From UHGV virus genome UHGV-0123226: a stretch of 64,000 nt of DNA. One strand, written 5' to 3'. Position 1 is the first letter of the stretch; each line of letters starts with the position of its first letter. Under the pieces are notes generated by a model. The model was not told the origin of the DNA and ran no database searches. It saw only the letters and a program-made list of their open reading frames with translations. The DNA comes from a virus. The translations under genes were made by a program, and so were the position numbers. Shown here one piece after another: positions 55,629-64,000 of the stretch.

Positions 55629-58423
55629 CACAAAATTTTATTTATGCATATACGGCTATTCCTGAAAATTTAAATGATAACGGAATGGCTTTGCCAGATT
55701 GGCAAGATTTACCAGAAATTAACCGTGTGTTAAATGGTGCGTATCGATTCTATGGTAACTATGCAAGAGATGGCCAATATCGCTCGTACTTAAAAAAGGG
55801 AAACTTTTTAAAGGCACAAGTTGAAGATGGGTCATATCAATATTTTGAGATTTACAATATTAAAAAAAATCTGCAGTCAGTTTCAGTGACAGCAAGACAC
55901 ATTGGTTTTATGGCAAATAAGAATTTCATTATTAATTCATTTACTGCCAACGGAAATGGCACGCAAATCATGAACAATTTAAAAGCTGCATTAACGTTTA
56001 AGCAACGGTTTAGTTATTTGTCGAATGTCGGTACTACACATCAATTTACAGCAAAACAAGTAGGTCCAATCGATGCAATTATTGGTTCTAACAATGGCAA
56101 CCAAAATTTAACAGGTGTTACTGGTGGAGAATTAGAGATGGATAACTTTAATTTGAAACTGGTTAAACAAATTGGATCGGACAATGGCTTTAGAATTGAT
56201 TTTGGGGTTAATTTGGAAGCTATAGATGAGGACTTTGACGACGAATCAATTATAAATAGTCTCTTTCTTATCGGTGGCGTGCCAGACAATGATTATGACC
56301 AAGATAAAGAGCCAATCACGTATGGATTTTTAGAAATTGCTGGTGTAAATGATAGTAACCGAAGAATTGGAAAACGTGAAAATTCGGAATGTAAAACAGT
56401 TGATGAGCTTAAAAAATGGGGCCAGTCATTGTTTGATAAAGACCGTATTCATGAACCGAAAGTAACGCACACTATTAGCATGGTAGCATTAGAACACACC
56501 TTGGAATATGAAGACATGTACGAAGAGCTTTCTTCTTTGCATTTTGGTGATGTAGTACACGTGCGAGCAAAAGAAGTCGATATTGAAGTAACGGAGCGCA
56601 TGGTGGAATATACTTGGTTTCCGACTTTAGGTAAATTTAAAAATATTGTTTTGGGGAATGATTTATCACTTTACACCTCAACAGTAAATAATCAAACTCA
56701 AGAGCTAAAACAAAAAATTGATAATCGGACAGAAACATTAGTACAAAATGTTTTAAATGCAACGGCATGGATTACTGGAAACAGTGGTGGACATGTCGTT
56801 TTTCGTCCAGAAAAAGCCCCGTCTGAAATTCTTATCATGGACAAAAACAAAGTAGCTACTGCAAAACGTGTGTGGCGCTGGAACTTAAATGGTTTGGGTT
56901 ATTCCTCCAACGGCGTGAATGGTCCGTTCGAACTTGCTATGACTTCTAAGGGAGAAATCGTTGCTGATTTTATTAAAGTGGGCATTATTAACGCGAATGT
57001 TTTACAAACAAGCTTTAATAATGCAACAGGCGATGTACTAAAATTAGTAGCTGGTGCTTTGCAAATTTGGAACAATAAGAAAAAAATCATGGAATTGACT
57101 AAAAAAGGGATGGAATTTTGGAATGGCTCTAGTCATATTGGGACAATTGGTACGAAAGGAAATCCTTTTCCTGATTTAAGAGATGAAAACGGAAATCCAG
57201 TTATAAAAGATGGTAACTCACTTCTCATAACTGGTGATGATCCAAAGACCAACGTTATTGGTTTTTCTAATAAAAAAGGTACTGGAATAGCTATTGCAGG
57301 GGGACAGCAATTTCATTTGGGAAATGATTTTTATTTTATTGGAATAGATGGTCAGGATAGTACGATTCACGCTAAAAAGTTATTTTTAAATGGCAAAGAA
57401 GTTATACCTGGTCAAAATGGTGGTGGCGGTTCTGGAGCTGGTACAGGTGGTTATCCATCCGAAGTTACAAGCGATGCAGATAAATTTGCTTGGGACTTAT
57501 GGAGTTACCTATTAGCTAACGGATACAGCAAAGCAGCTGCTGCAGGTATCCTTGGAAATGTACAAGGAGAAGTTGGTCCAAGTATGAACCCAGATACCGA
57601 GCAAATAGGCGGTCCAGCTTACGGATGGGTTCAATGGGATGGTTCAGCGTATCCATTGGTAGGCGCCCCAACTTGGAATGGTCGAGAATATGTACAACGC
57701 TTAATCGCAGCTGCAGGTATCAAACAAGACTATAGGACGTCATTAGCTCAAGCTCAATTAATTAATTGGTGTATGTTCAATGGGCAATGGTTAGGACAAG
57801 TAAGTCCATTAACAGTTGATGAATTTAAAGTTGTTAGCTCGCCTAAAACCGCTGCTTATGCGTTTGAATTAAACTTTGAACGTCCAGCTGCAGCGCACCC
57901 AGAAAGACAAACCTATGCACAAGCATGGTATGACAAATTCAAAGATTTGAAAGCTTCTACTGCAACAGGAAAAGCTGGGATAGAACATTTGGAGACCTTA
58001 ATGGGCAAATGGCTTGGTAATGGGCAATGTTATGCCGTTCCAGCCGAATATTCTGGTTTTATGGGCGGCTGTGGTTTAGGCGCAGGAACAATTTATGGCT
58101 TTTCGCATGTAATTGGTGATACATCATCTGCTGCAGATATTGGTGAATCATATGATTGGAATGCGGTAGGTTGGCGAGTAATCCAAAATCCAACGTATCA
58201 AGATTTAGTTGTAGGAGCGATTGTCAATATTAAACGAGGTGGCCAATGGGGAACAGGTTGGACAGTAGACCCAACATATGGACACACGGGCGTGATTTAC
58301 GGATTAAGTAACGGACGTATCCAAACCATAGAACAGAACGCCGAGCAAGGGCAAATTGTTGCAAAATATGATCGATTATATTTTGCTAATTCTATTCAAT
58401 CGATTGTTATTCCACCAAAATAA
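55625..58423 (+). CDS. tail-associated lysin (Tal) with lysozyme-like and CHAP peptidoglycan hydrolase domains
   Basis: Structural N-terminus, a GGGGSGAGTGG linker, a phage-lysozyme-like region (AAAGILGNVQGE), then a CHAP-like Cys/His region (GQCYAV...GHTGVIYG). Confidence 0.7.
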   Translation: MTQNFIYAYTAIPENLNDNGMALPDWQDLPEINRVLNGAYRFYGNYARDGQYRSYLKKGNFLKAQVEDGSYQYFEIYNIKKNLQSVSVTARHIGFMANKNFIINSFTANGNGTQIMNNLKAALTFKQRFSYLSNVGTTHQFTAKQVGPIDAIIGSNNGNQNLTGVTGGELEMDNFNLKLVKQIGSDNGFRIDFGVNLEAIDEDFDDESIINSLFLIGGVPDNDYDQDKEPITYGFLEIAGVNDSNRRIGKRENSECKTVDELKKWGQSLFDKDRIHEPKVTHTISMVALEHTLEYEDMYEELSSLHFGDVVHVRAKEVDIEVTERMVEYTWFPTLGKFKNIVLGNDLSLYTSTVNNQTQELKQKIDNRTETLVQNVLNATAWITGNSGGHVVFRPEKAPSEILIMDKNKVATAKRVWRWNLNGLGYSSNGVNGPFELAMTSKGEIVADFIKVGIINANVLQTSFNNATGDVLKLVAGALQIWNNKKKIMELTKKGMEFWNGSSHIGTIGTKGNPFPDLRDENGNPVIKDGNSLLITGDDPKTNVIGFSNKKGTGIAIAGGQQFHLGNDFYFIGIDGQDSTIHAKKLFLNGKEVIPGQNGGGGSGAGTGGYPSEVTSDADKFAWDLWSYLLANGYSKAAAAGILGNVQGEVGPSMNPDTEQIGGPAYGWVQWDGSAYPLVGAPTWNGREYVQRLIAAAGIKQDYRTSLAQAQLINWCMFNGQWLGQVSPLTVDEFKVVSSPKTAAYAFELNFERPAAAHPERQTYAQAWYDKFKDLKASTATGKAGIEHLETLMGKWLGNGQCYAVPAEYSGFMGGCGLGAGTIYGFSHVIGDTSSAADIGESYDWNAVGWRVIQNPTYQDLVVGAIVNIKRGGQWGTGWTVDPTYGHTGVIYGLSNGRIQTIEQNAEQGQIVAKYDRLYFANSIQSIVIPPK

Positions 58424-58441
58424 CGAAAGGAGGATTTTTCA

Positions 58442-59350
58442 ATGGTTAAATGGCAAGCAACGCTAAGTACAACCGAACCATACAATTACATTGGGATTCA
58501 GAATGTACGACAAGGAAATCGAAACACAGAAGTTTTAGAAGCCATACTAGTTGAAAATGCTTTGCCACTTGATTTAACAGGTTGCGAAGTTTTTTTTGAA
58601 TCGGTTATTGATAATAAATATCCGATTCAACGTTCAGCAAAAATTGTGAATGCCAAAAAAGGGATTATTCAGTATACCTTTGATGAATATTCTATGCAGT
58701 CGTTACACAGACAAGAAGCATATTTCAGTATTCATAAAGGTGATAACCTGATTGGTGCAACGCAAAACTTTTCTTACTTTGTAGTGAATGCTGCTTCTAA
58801 AACAGAAGGTGAAATGGGGTCATATTGGCAGTCAATCGAGGATTTGATAGCTGATATGACTGCTTTTATTAATGAAAACAAGGGCGATTTCACAGCGTGG
58901 ATGAACGCTAGAAAAGAAGAGTTTGAAAAATGGCGTAAAAATCAACAAGATACTTTTGAAGCTTGGCGAAACGGCCAAGAATCAGATTATCTAATGTGGT
59001 TTGAATCAATTAAGGATATTTTAAAAACTGTTGATCCAGGTGGCACAATGTTAGCTGAATTAATGGATGCACGTGTAGATATTCAAGGAGTACGTCATAA
59101 TTCACTTTCTGAGCGTTTATTGGCTGATATGAACTATTTGTATCATCGGTTAGAGGAACGGCTATACACTATCAAATACGGTAATGTAAACACGTTAGAA
59201 ATTTTAGAGGATGATTCATTTTCTAAGAATCATGAAGTTGAAGTATTGGGAACAGTTAATCATCCAATTGAAGAAGGGGCGTTAATTATAGCGACAGTTG
59301 ATGATTCAAAACAAAATGTTTTTACGATTGAAGGTGTAGACAATGGTTGA
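58442..59350 (+). CDS. baseplate / receptor-binding-module protein
   Basis: 302 aa; assigned by position. Confidence 0.4.
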   Translation: MVKWQATLSTTEPYNYIGIQNVRQGNRNTEVLEAILVENALPLDLTGCEVFFESVIDNKYPIQRSAKIVNAKKGIIQYTFDEYSMQSLHRQEAYFSIHKGDNLIGATQNFSYFVVNAASKTEGEMGSYWQSIEDLIADMTAFINENKGDFTAWMNARKEEFEKWRKNQQDTFEAWRNGQESDYLMWFESIKDILKTVDPGGTMLAELMDARVDIQGVRHNSLSERLLADMNYLYHRLEERLYTIKYGNVNTLEILEDDSFSKNHEVEVLGTVNHPIEEGALIIATVDDSKQNVFTIEGVDNG

Positions 59351-59660
59351 TGCTAAAAGAATGATGGAAACTGATGAAAATGGGATTAAACGTCAGTTTT
59401 TTCCTATTACACATTTTTCAGCAATCGTTGGTTTATCAGAGATAATGAGCGGACAGACAAAAGTTTTATCTGTTAACGGAAAAAATGGAGCAGTGATTAT
59501 TACGCGTGCAGACTTAGATTTACCTAGCGATGGGATTATGATTTCTCAAGAAGAATATGAAAAGTTCAAAATAATTTTAACTGATTATGAAACTGGAAAA
59601 TTAGGTGGTTCTGGTGTTGAGTTTGAAAAAGTAAAAGGAGATGAAGAAATAAATGCCTGA
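59343..59660 (+). CDS. tail fiber-associated protein
   Basis: 105 aa. Confidence 0.35.
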   Translation: MVDAKRMMETDENGIKRQFFPITHFSAIVGLSEIMSGQTKVLSVNGKNGAVIITRADLDLPSDGIMISQEEYEKFKIILTDYETGKLGGSGVEFEKVKGDEEINA

Positions 59661-59970
59661 TTTATATGTAGTGAAAAAAGACGGCGTAGCTATTGATGTA
59701 CAAACTAGTACAGCTGGCGTTGTTGGATTAAATGAATTTGTTGATGGAAAAATTAGTGGTGCTGAAGCAGGCACTGTGTCGTCTGTAAATGGTCATACAG
59801 GTGAAGTTATTTTAACTGCTTCTGATGTAAAAGCACTGCCAGACACAACTGTTATTCCAACGCTTCCTAGCAATGCAACTTCTGAAAAAGACGGTTTAAT
59901 GTCTAAAACGGATAAAGCAAAATTGGATGCATTACCTGTTTTTACATTTGAAAAGGTAGGTGAAGCGTAA
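59653..59970 (+). CDS. tail fiber-associated protein with GLMSKTDKAKLD fiber-repeat motif
   Basis: 105 aa. Confidence 0.35.
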   Translation: MPDLYVVKKDGVAIDVQTSTAGVVGLNEFVDGKISGAEAGTVSSVNGHTGEVILTASDVKALPDTTVIPTLPSNATSEKDGLMSKTDKAKLDALPVFTFEKVGEA

Positions 59971-60521
59971 TGGCAGATATCGTTCAGCTAAAAGAAAATG
60001 GTGTTGTAAAGTATATGAAAACACATGCAGATGCTATTGACGGCGTGGAAGGAAAATTAGTAAAGGCCTTTGGAAATGAGACTGTTTTAGGGACAAAGAA
60101 TTTTCAAGATGGGATTCAAATCGGCGGTAAATCTGTATCGGTTAATGCAAAACCGACCTATGAGGTGGTGAAAGACTACTGGGATGGCACTGGAGCTTAT
60201 TTGACAGAATCTCAATCAGTAACAATTTCAAATAGCAGCAATGTGGATGAAATTGTTTTGATTTTCTCGCGTTACAACGATAACGGTGGCGGTATTGTTC
60301 ACTCAATACCAGTTACTCCGAATATTACGAAATTAAAATACGAACTACCAGCAGTTGCATGGGTAGGTTCTGCTTCAGCAGACCCAACAATAGCGTATAA
60401 AAAAATATCTATTTCTAAATCTGGTACATCTTTAGTGATTACAGGAGATACTGCAAACACATTAAATGAAGCAAATAAAAAAATTGTTTTTAGAGAAATC
60501 GGCGTTATGCGTCGTAAATAG
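59970..60521 (+). CDS. putative receptor-binding / fiber tip protein
   Basis: 183 aa, beta-rich. Confidence 0.35.
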   Translation: MADIVQLKENGVVKYMKTHADAIDGVEGKLVKAFGNETVLGTKNFQDGIQIGGKSVSVNAKPTYEVVKDYWDGTGAYLTESQSVTISNSSNVDEIVLIFSRYNDNGGGIVHSIPVTPNITKLKYELPAVAWVGSASADPTIAYKKISISKSGTSLVITGDTANTLNEANKKIVFREIGVMRRK

Positions 60522-60523
60522 GA

Positions 60524-60910
60524 GTGGATAATAAAATGAAAAAAATATATAAAGTAATCTACCCAGTAGGATTTCAAATTTTCGAAGTTCAAGATGATTA
60601 TGTTGTAGCATTACCATTTGTAGAGGAGAAACCACTAGAAAATTTAGTGAATGAACAATCTCAATTTTATAACTTTTCAGAACAGAAATGGGAAGAAGCA
60701 GTGACACAGGATTATACAAAAAAATTGAATTTGTTAGAAAATCTTGCGAGTGCCTTAGAAGATTCAAACAGTGAGTTAAAACAAGCAAATGAAAAGCTAA
60801 CTGCTAAAGCAGAATCACTTGCACAAATCAATTCTAAGACGATGCTTACTTCGCTTCAAAATACAAAAGAAATTGATGCGATAAAAGAACAAATCGGAGG
60901 TGCAAAATAA
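60524..60910 (+). CDS. hypothetical coiled-coil protein
   Basis: 128 aa. Confidence 0.35.
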   Translation: MDNKMKKIYKVIYPVGFQIFEVQDDYVVALPFVEEKPLENLVNEQSQFYNFSEQKWEEAVTQDYTKKLNLLENLASALEDSNSELKQANEKLTAKAESLAQINSKTMLTSLQNTKEIDAIKEQIGGAK

Positions 60911-61081
60911 TGTATTCATATGATGACATTAAACTGATGTATGATTGGGGGCTATTTACTCCAGAGCAGGTTGCAGAATTTGTGCCTAGTTGTATTACAG
61001 AAGATGAATTTACTAAAATGACAGGAGAACCGTTTAGCGAAAGCTAGACGGTTTTATTGTAAGAGGGATGGAGACGATAAC

Positions 61082-61315
61082 TTGAAAGATGAGCCTTTAA
61101 TTGAAATCGTCGATCGTTTGGCACGGATTGAAACAAAGTTGGATAATCATGAACAATTAAGAGAGAAAGCAGACATAGCACTCTCAATGGCCAAAAACAA
61201 TGAAGGCGATATTGCGGAAATAAAAGAGAATCAAAAGTGGACGTGGCGGACAATTGCAGGAATTGGTGTTTCTGTTGCTGTTTATTTAATCACGAAATAC
61301 TTAGGAGGAATTTAG
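61082..61315 (+). CDS. XhlA-family membrane protein (lysis-associated)
   Basis: Coiled coil followed by a C-terminal TM helix (TIAGIGVSVAVYLITKYL). Confidence 0.5.
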   Translation: MKDEPLIEIVDRLARIETKLDNHEQLREKADIALSMAKNNEGDIAEIKENQKWTWRTIAGIGVSVAVYLITKYLGGI

Positions 61316-61317
61316 AA

Positions 61318-61521
61318 ATGATACTACCAGACAAGTATTACAAAATAATTAAATGGGGAGTACTTACTGTACTTCCAGCTAGTTCTGTTTTAGTTTCTGC
61401 TCTTGGCGACCTATATGGGTGGATCGGCGCAGATAAAGCAGTGTTAACTATTAATGCTGTGTCAGCATTTTTAGGAGTAGTAACAGGTGTATCAGCATAT
61501 AATTTAAAAGACAAGGAGTAA
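61318..61521 (+). CDS. holin (near-identical to 24702..24905)
   Basis: Start at the Met following RBS ggaggaa; the listed 61237 start is an upstream extension without an RBS. Confidence 0.7.
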   Translation: MILPDKYYKIIKWGVLTVLPASSVLVSALGDLYGWIGADKAVLTINAVSAFLGVVTGVSAYNLKDKE

Positions 61522-61525
61522 ACGA

Positions 61526-62827
61526 ATGAAAAACAAAATTTTAGTAGGAGCGATAGTCGCTCTATTTTTTATGCCTTTGAATGTATTTGCTGAAAAAGGT
61601 GACCAAGGCGTTGACTGGGCTATTTATCAGGGGGAACAAGGTCGTTTTGGCTACGCACATGATAAATTCGCTATTGCCCAGATTGGTGGCTACAATGCTA
61701 GCGGTATTTATGAACAATACACATATAAAACGCAAGTAGCAAGTGCTATTGCCCAAGGTAAACGTGCGCATACCTATATTTGGTATGACACTTGGGGAAA
61801 CATGGACATTGCGAAAACAACAATGGATTACTTTTTGCCACGTATTCAAACGCCTAAAAATTCCATCGTTGCATTAGATTTTGAACATGGAGCGTTGGCT
61901 AGTGTTCCAGATGGATATGGAGGATATGTAAGTTCAGATGCCGAAAAAGCAGCAAATACAGAGACAATTTTGTACGGTATGCGCAGAATCAAACAGGCTG
62001 GCTATACTCCAATGTATTACAGCTATAAGCCATTTACACTAAATCATGTAAACTATCAACAAATCATCAAAGAGTTTCCTAACTCTTTATGGATTGCTGC
62101 GTATCCTATTGATGGTGTGTCACCAAATCCATTGTATGCTTATTTCCCAAGCATGGATGGTATTGGCATTTGGCAATTCACATCCGCTTATATTACTGGT
62201 GGGTTAGATGGTAACGTAGACTTAACAGGTATTACTGATAATGGCTACACAGATACCAATAAGCCAGAAACGGACACGCCAGCAACAGATGCAGGTGAAG
62301 AAATCGAAAAAACACCGAATTCTGATGTTAAAGTTGGCGATACGGTCAAAGTGAAATTTAACGTAGATGCTTGGGCAACAGGCGAAGCTATTCCAGATTG
62401 GGTAAAAGGAAACAGCTATAAAGTACAAGAAGTAACTGGAAGCAGAGTATTGTTAGAAGGTATCCTGTCATGGATTAGCAAAGGCGATATTGAATTATTG
62501 CCAGATGCAACAGCTGTTCCTGATAAACAACCAGAATCTACTCACGTAGTTCAATATGGTGAAACATTATCCAGCATTGCGTATCAATATGGAACAGACT
62601 ATCAAATCTTAGCTTCGCTAAATGGATTGTCTAATCCTAATTTGATTTACCCTGGCCAAGTTTTAAAAGTCAATGGATCAGCAGTAAGCAACGCTTATAC
62701 AGTCCAATATGGTGATAATTTATCAAGTATTGCGGCTAAACTTGGCACGACTTATCAAGCTTTAGCACAACGGAACGGATTAGCTAATCCTAACTTAATT
62801 TATCCTGGTCAAACATTGAACTATTGA
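61526..62827 (+). CDS. endolysin: signal peptide + GH25 + 2x LysM (near-identical to 24910..26211)
   Basis: Same architecture as the prophage 1 lysin, with long stretches of identical nucleotides. Confidence 0.9.
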   Translation: MKNKILVGAIVALFFMPLNVFAEKGDQGVDWAIYQGEQGRFGYAHDKFAIAQIGGYNASGIYEQYTYKTQVASAIAQGKRAHTYIWYDTWGNMDIAKTTMDYFLPRIQTPKNSIVALDFEHGALASVPDGYGGYVSSDAEKAANTETILYGMRRIKQAGYTPMYYSYKPFTLNHVNYQQIIKEFPNSLWIAAYPIDGVSPNPLYAYFPSMDGIGIWQFTSAYITGGLDGNVDLTGITDNGYTDTNKPETDTPATDAGEEIEKTPNSDVKVGDTVKVKFNVDAWATGEAIPDWVKGNSYKVQEVTGSRVLLEGILSWISKGDIELLPDATAVPDKQPESTHVVQYGETLSSIAYQYGTDYQILASLNGLSNPNLIYPGQVLKVNGSAVSNAYTVQYGDNLSSIAAKLGTTYQALAQRNGLANPNLIYPGQTLNY

Positions 62828-62867
62828 TAGTTCTAATGTTAAAATAAGAATACACTTATTAAGTTTC

Positions 62868-62899
62868 TCTTAAGCCACCTCCCCCAAGGTGGCTCTTTT
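62868..62899 (+). terminator. rho-independent terminator after endolysin 2
   Basis: GCCACC-tcccccaa-GGTGGC stem followed by a T6 run. Confidence 0.7.
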
Positions 62900-63083
62900 T
62901 TGTTATTTAATTAAAATTAACAAATATGATAACCAGCTTATGATTAGGCATATTTACGTGTTTGTAAGTGAAAAAAACTTCTTAAACTTGTTTTAATGCC
63001 GTTTTCCAAAGGGGTGTATGCTATATTTTTATTGCATATAATGTAGCTAAATGTTATATTATAAGTGTTAAGGAGGGGCTAGT

Positions 63084-63539
63084 ATGAATAAAAAATATAG
63101 TATTTTTGAAATAGCTGATTGGTTTTTGAATAAAGAGTCAATGACTCCTAAAAAGTTACAAAAACTTTGTTACTATGCACAAGCGTGGAACAATGCACTT
63201 TTAGATGACAGCATAATAGATGATTCTGAATTTCAGGCTTGGGCGCATGGACCTGTTTCTCCAGAATTGTATAATAAATATAGAGAATATAGATGGAATT
63301 CTATTCCTAAATGTACTTCACCTGCTGCAATAGATAATCAAACTGTGGATGTTCTAGAATCAGTTTGGATTACTTATGGTGATAAGTCAGCAAATGAGCT
63401 TGAAGCATTGACTCATACAGAATTACCTTGGAAACAAGCAAGATTAAGAGCTGGGGTTTCAGAAGGAGATAGTTGTAGGGAAAAAATATCTACAGAAGAC
63501 ATGGCTAATTATTATAAAAGTGTATATGTAGGTGACTAA
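63084..63539 (+). CDS. Panacea-domain (DUF4065) antitoxin-like protein
   Basis: PKKLQKLCYYAQAWNNALL and GPVSPELY match Panacea/SocA-like antitoxin domains. Confidence 0.55.
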   Translation: MNKKYSIFEIADWFLNKESMTPKKLQKLCYYAQAWNNALLDDSIIDDSEFQAWAHGPVSPELYNKYREYRWNSIPKCTSPAAIDNQTVDVLESVWITYGDKSANELEALTHTELPWKQARLRAGVSEGDSCREKISTEDMANYYKSVYVGD

Positions 63540-63542
63540 TAG

Positions 63543-63932
63543 TTGGCGAAGAAATTAACAAGAGATGTAGTTGTAGAAAATGGCTCTTTTTTAGATAGAA
63601 AATCAATGAAATTTCGATTTTGTATTCAAGAGTGTTTGGACAATAAATACTGCTTCAAAAAAATGGATAAAGGTTCTTTGAAAGAATTAGATAAATTTAT
63701 AGCTGAAACAGCAGGAAAAAATTTATCAATTACAGAGGTCGATAAATTATTTTTGCGGACCAAAGGCCGAGGAAGTAATTATGAAGAAGTTGAAATTAAT
63801 GGGATCAAAAGAGAAGTTTATCATTATGGCAAAGACCAAAATCCATTTAGGGTATTTGGTTATTATAATGAAGACGGGTATTTAGTGATATACAGGATTG
63901 ATCCAAAACATAAGTCTCATAAATGCAAATAG
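63543..63932 (+). CDS. putative toxin partner (RelE/HigB-like C-terminal signature)
   Basis: FRVFGYYNEDGYLVIYRIDPKHKSHK resembles the RelE/ParE-fold C-terminus; TTG start 4 nt after the upstream stop. Confidence 0.3.
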   Translation: MAKKLTRDVVVENGSFLDRKSMKFRFCIQECLDNKYCFKKMDKGSLKELDKFIAETAGKNLSITEVDKLFLRTKGRGSNYEEVEINGIKREVYHYGKDQNPFRVFGYYNEDGYLVIYRIDPKHKSHKCK

Positions 63933-63936
63933 TAAT

Positions 63937-63970
63937 TTATTAATACCTCTTATTATTTAAGAGGTATTTT
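63937..63970 (+). terminator. rho-independent terminator
   Basis: TACCTCTTA-ttattt-AAGAGGTA stem followed by TTTTTTC. Confidence 0.7.
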
Positions 63971-63974
63971 TTCA

Positions 63975-64000
63975 GGACCATTAGCTCAGTTGGTTAGAGC
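63975..64000 (+). tRNA. 5' part of a tRNA gene (truncated by the window end; isotype not determinable)
   Basis: GGACCATTAGCTCAGTTGGTTAGAGC is a canonical tRNA 5' acceptor strand with D-arm (TAGCTCAGTTGGTTAGAGC). Confidence 0.6.

Noticed and set aside
63975-64000. The tRNA gene at the window edge as the integration target of prophage 2
   Set aside because: The tRNA 5' end faces the prophage and the integrase is at the far (left) end about 36 kb away. Integration into a tRNA 3' end would place the prophage downstream of the tRNA, not upstream, so the tRNA is probably just a neighbour.

Overview
The window is AT-rich DNA from a low-GC Firmicute (Lactobacillales-like; Enterococcus or Listeria type by gene content, host not determinable). 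It is almost entirely two tandem temperate siphovirus prophages. Prophage 1 is partial: its left end lies upstream of the window and it runs from 1 to about 27.8 kb. Its genes in order are SSB, small early genes, a YopX protein, an ArpU late activator, a 780-bp noncoding block, a TerS-HNH fusion, TerL, an SPP1-like portal, a head morphogenesis protein, scaffold, major capsid, connectors, major tail protein, an inserted glycosyltransferase-like gene, chaperone, tape measure, Dit, Tal, a receptor-binding protein, holin, a GH25-LysM endolysin, and an AT-rich polytopic membrane protein that looks like a moron. Prophage 2 looks complete, from about 28.05 to 62.85 kb. It has a tyrosine integrase on the minus strand, a membrane-anchored HIRAN-TM2 protein, an ImmA/XRE repressor pair with operators, and cro and xis-like genes. 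Its replication and recombination module has VRR-NUC, an SNF2 helicase, a YqaJ exonuclease, an ATPase, an SSB-tail mimic, a frameshifted SPFH gene, a compact PolB-like protein and a Prim-Pol/SF3 helicase. An iteron cluster, a late activator, HNH, a cos-like site and a P27-type TerS follow, then an HK97-type head module, a tail module with a classic -1 G/GT frameshift, and a lysis cassette nearly identical to that of prophage 1. After prophage 2 come a Panacea-domain antitoxin with a RelE-like partner, then the 5' end of a tRNA gene at the window edge. The most interesting candidates are a putative virion O-glycosylation module in prophage 1 (identical Thr-rich C-terminal tails on the capsid and tail-tube proteins plus a DxD glycosyltransferase-like gene), the HIRAN-TM2 membrane protein at the prophage 2 defence locus, the HNH domain embedded inside TerS, and structured noncoding elements upstream of the prophage 1 packaging genes (three hairpins with a conserved TTTCCGC loop, and a tRNA-like element).
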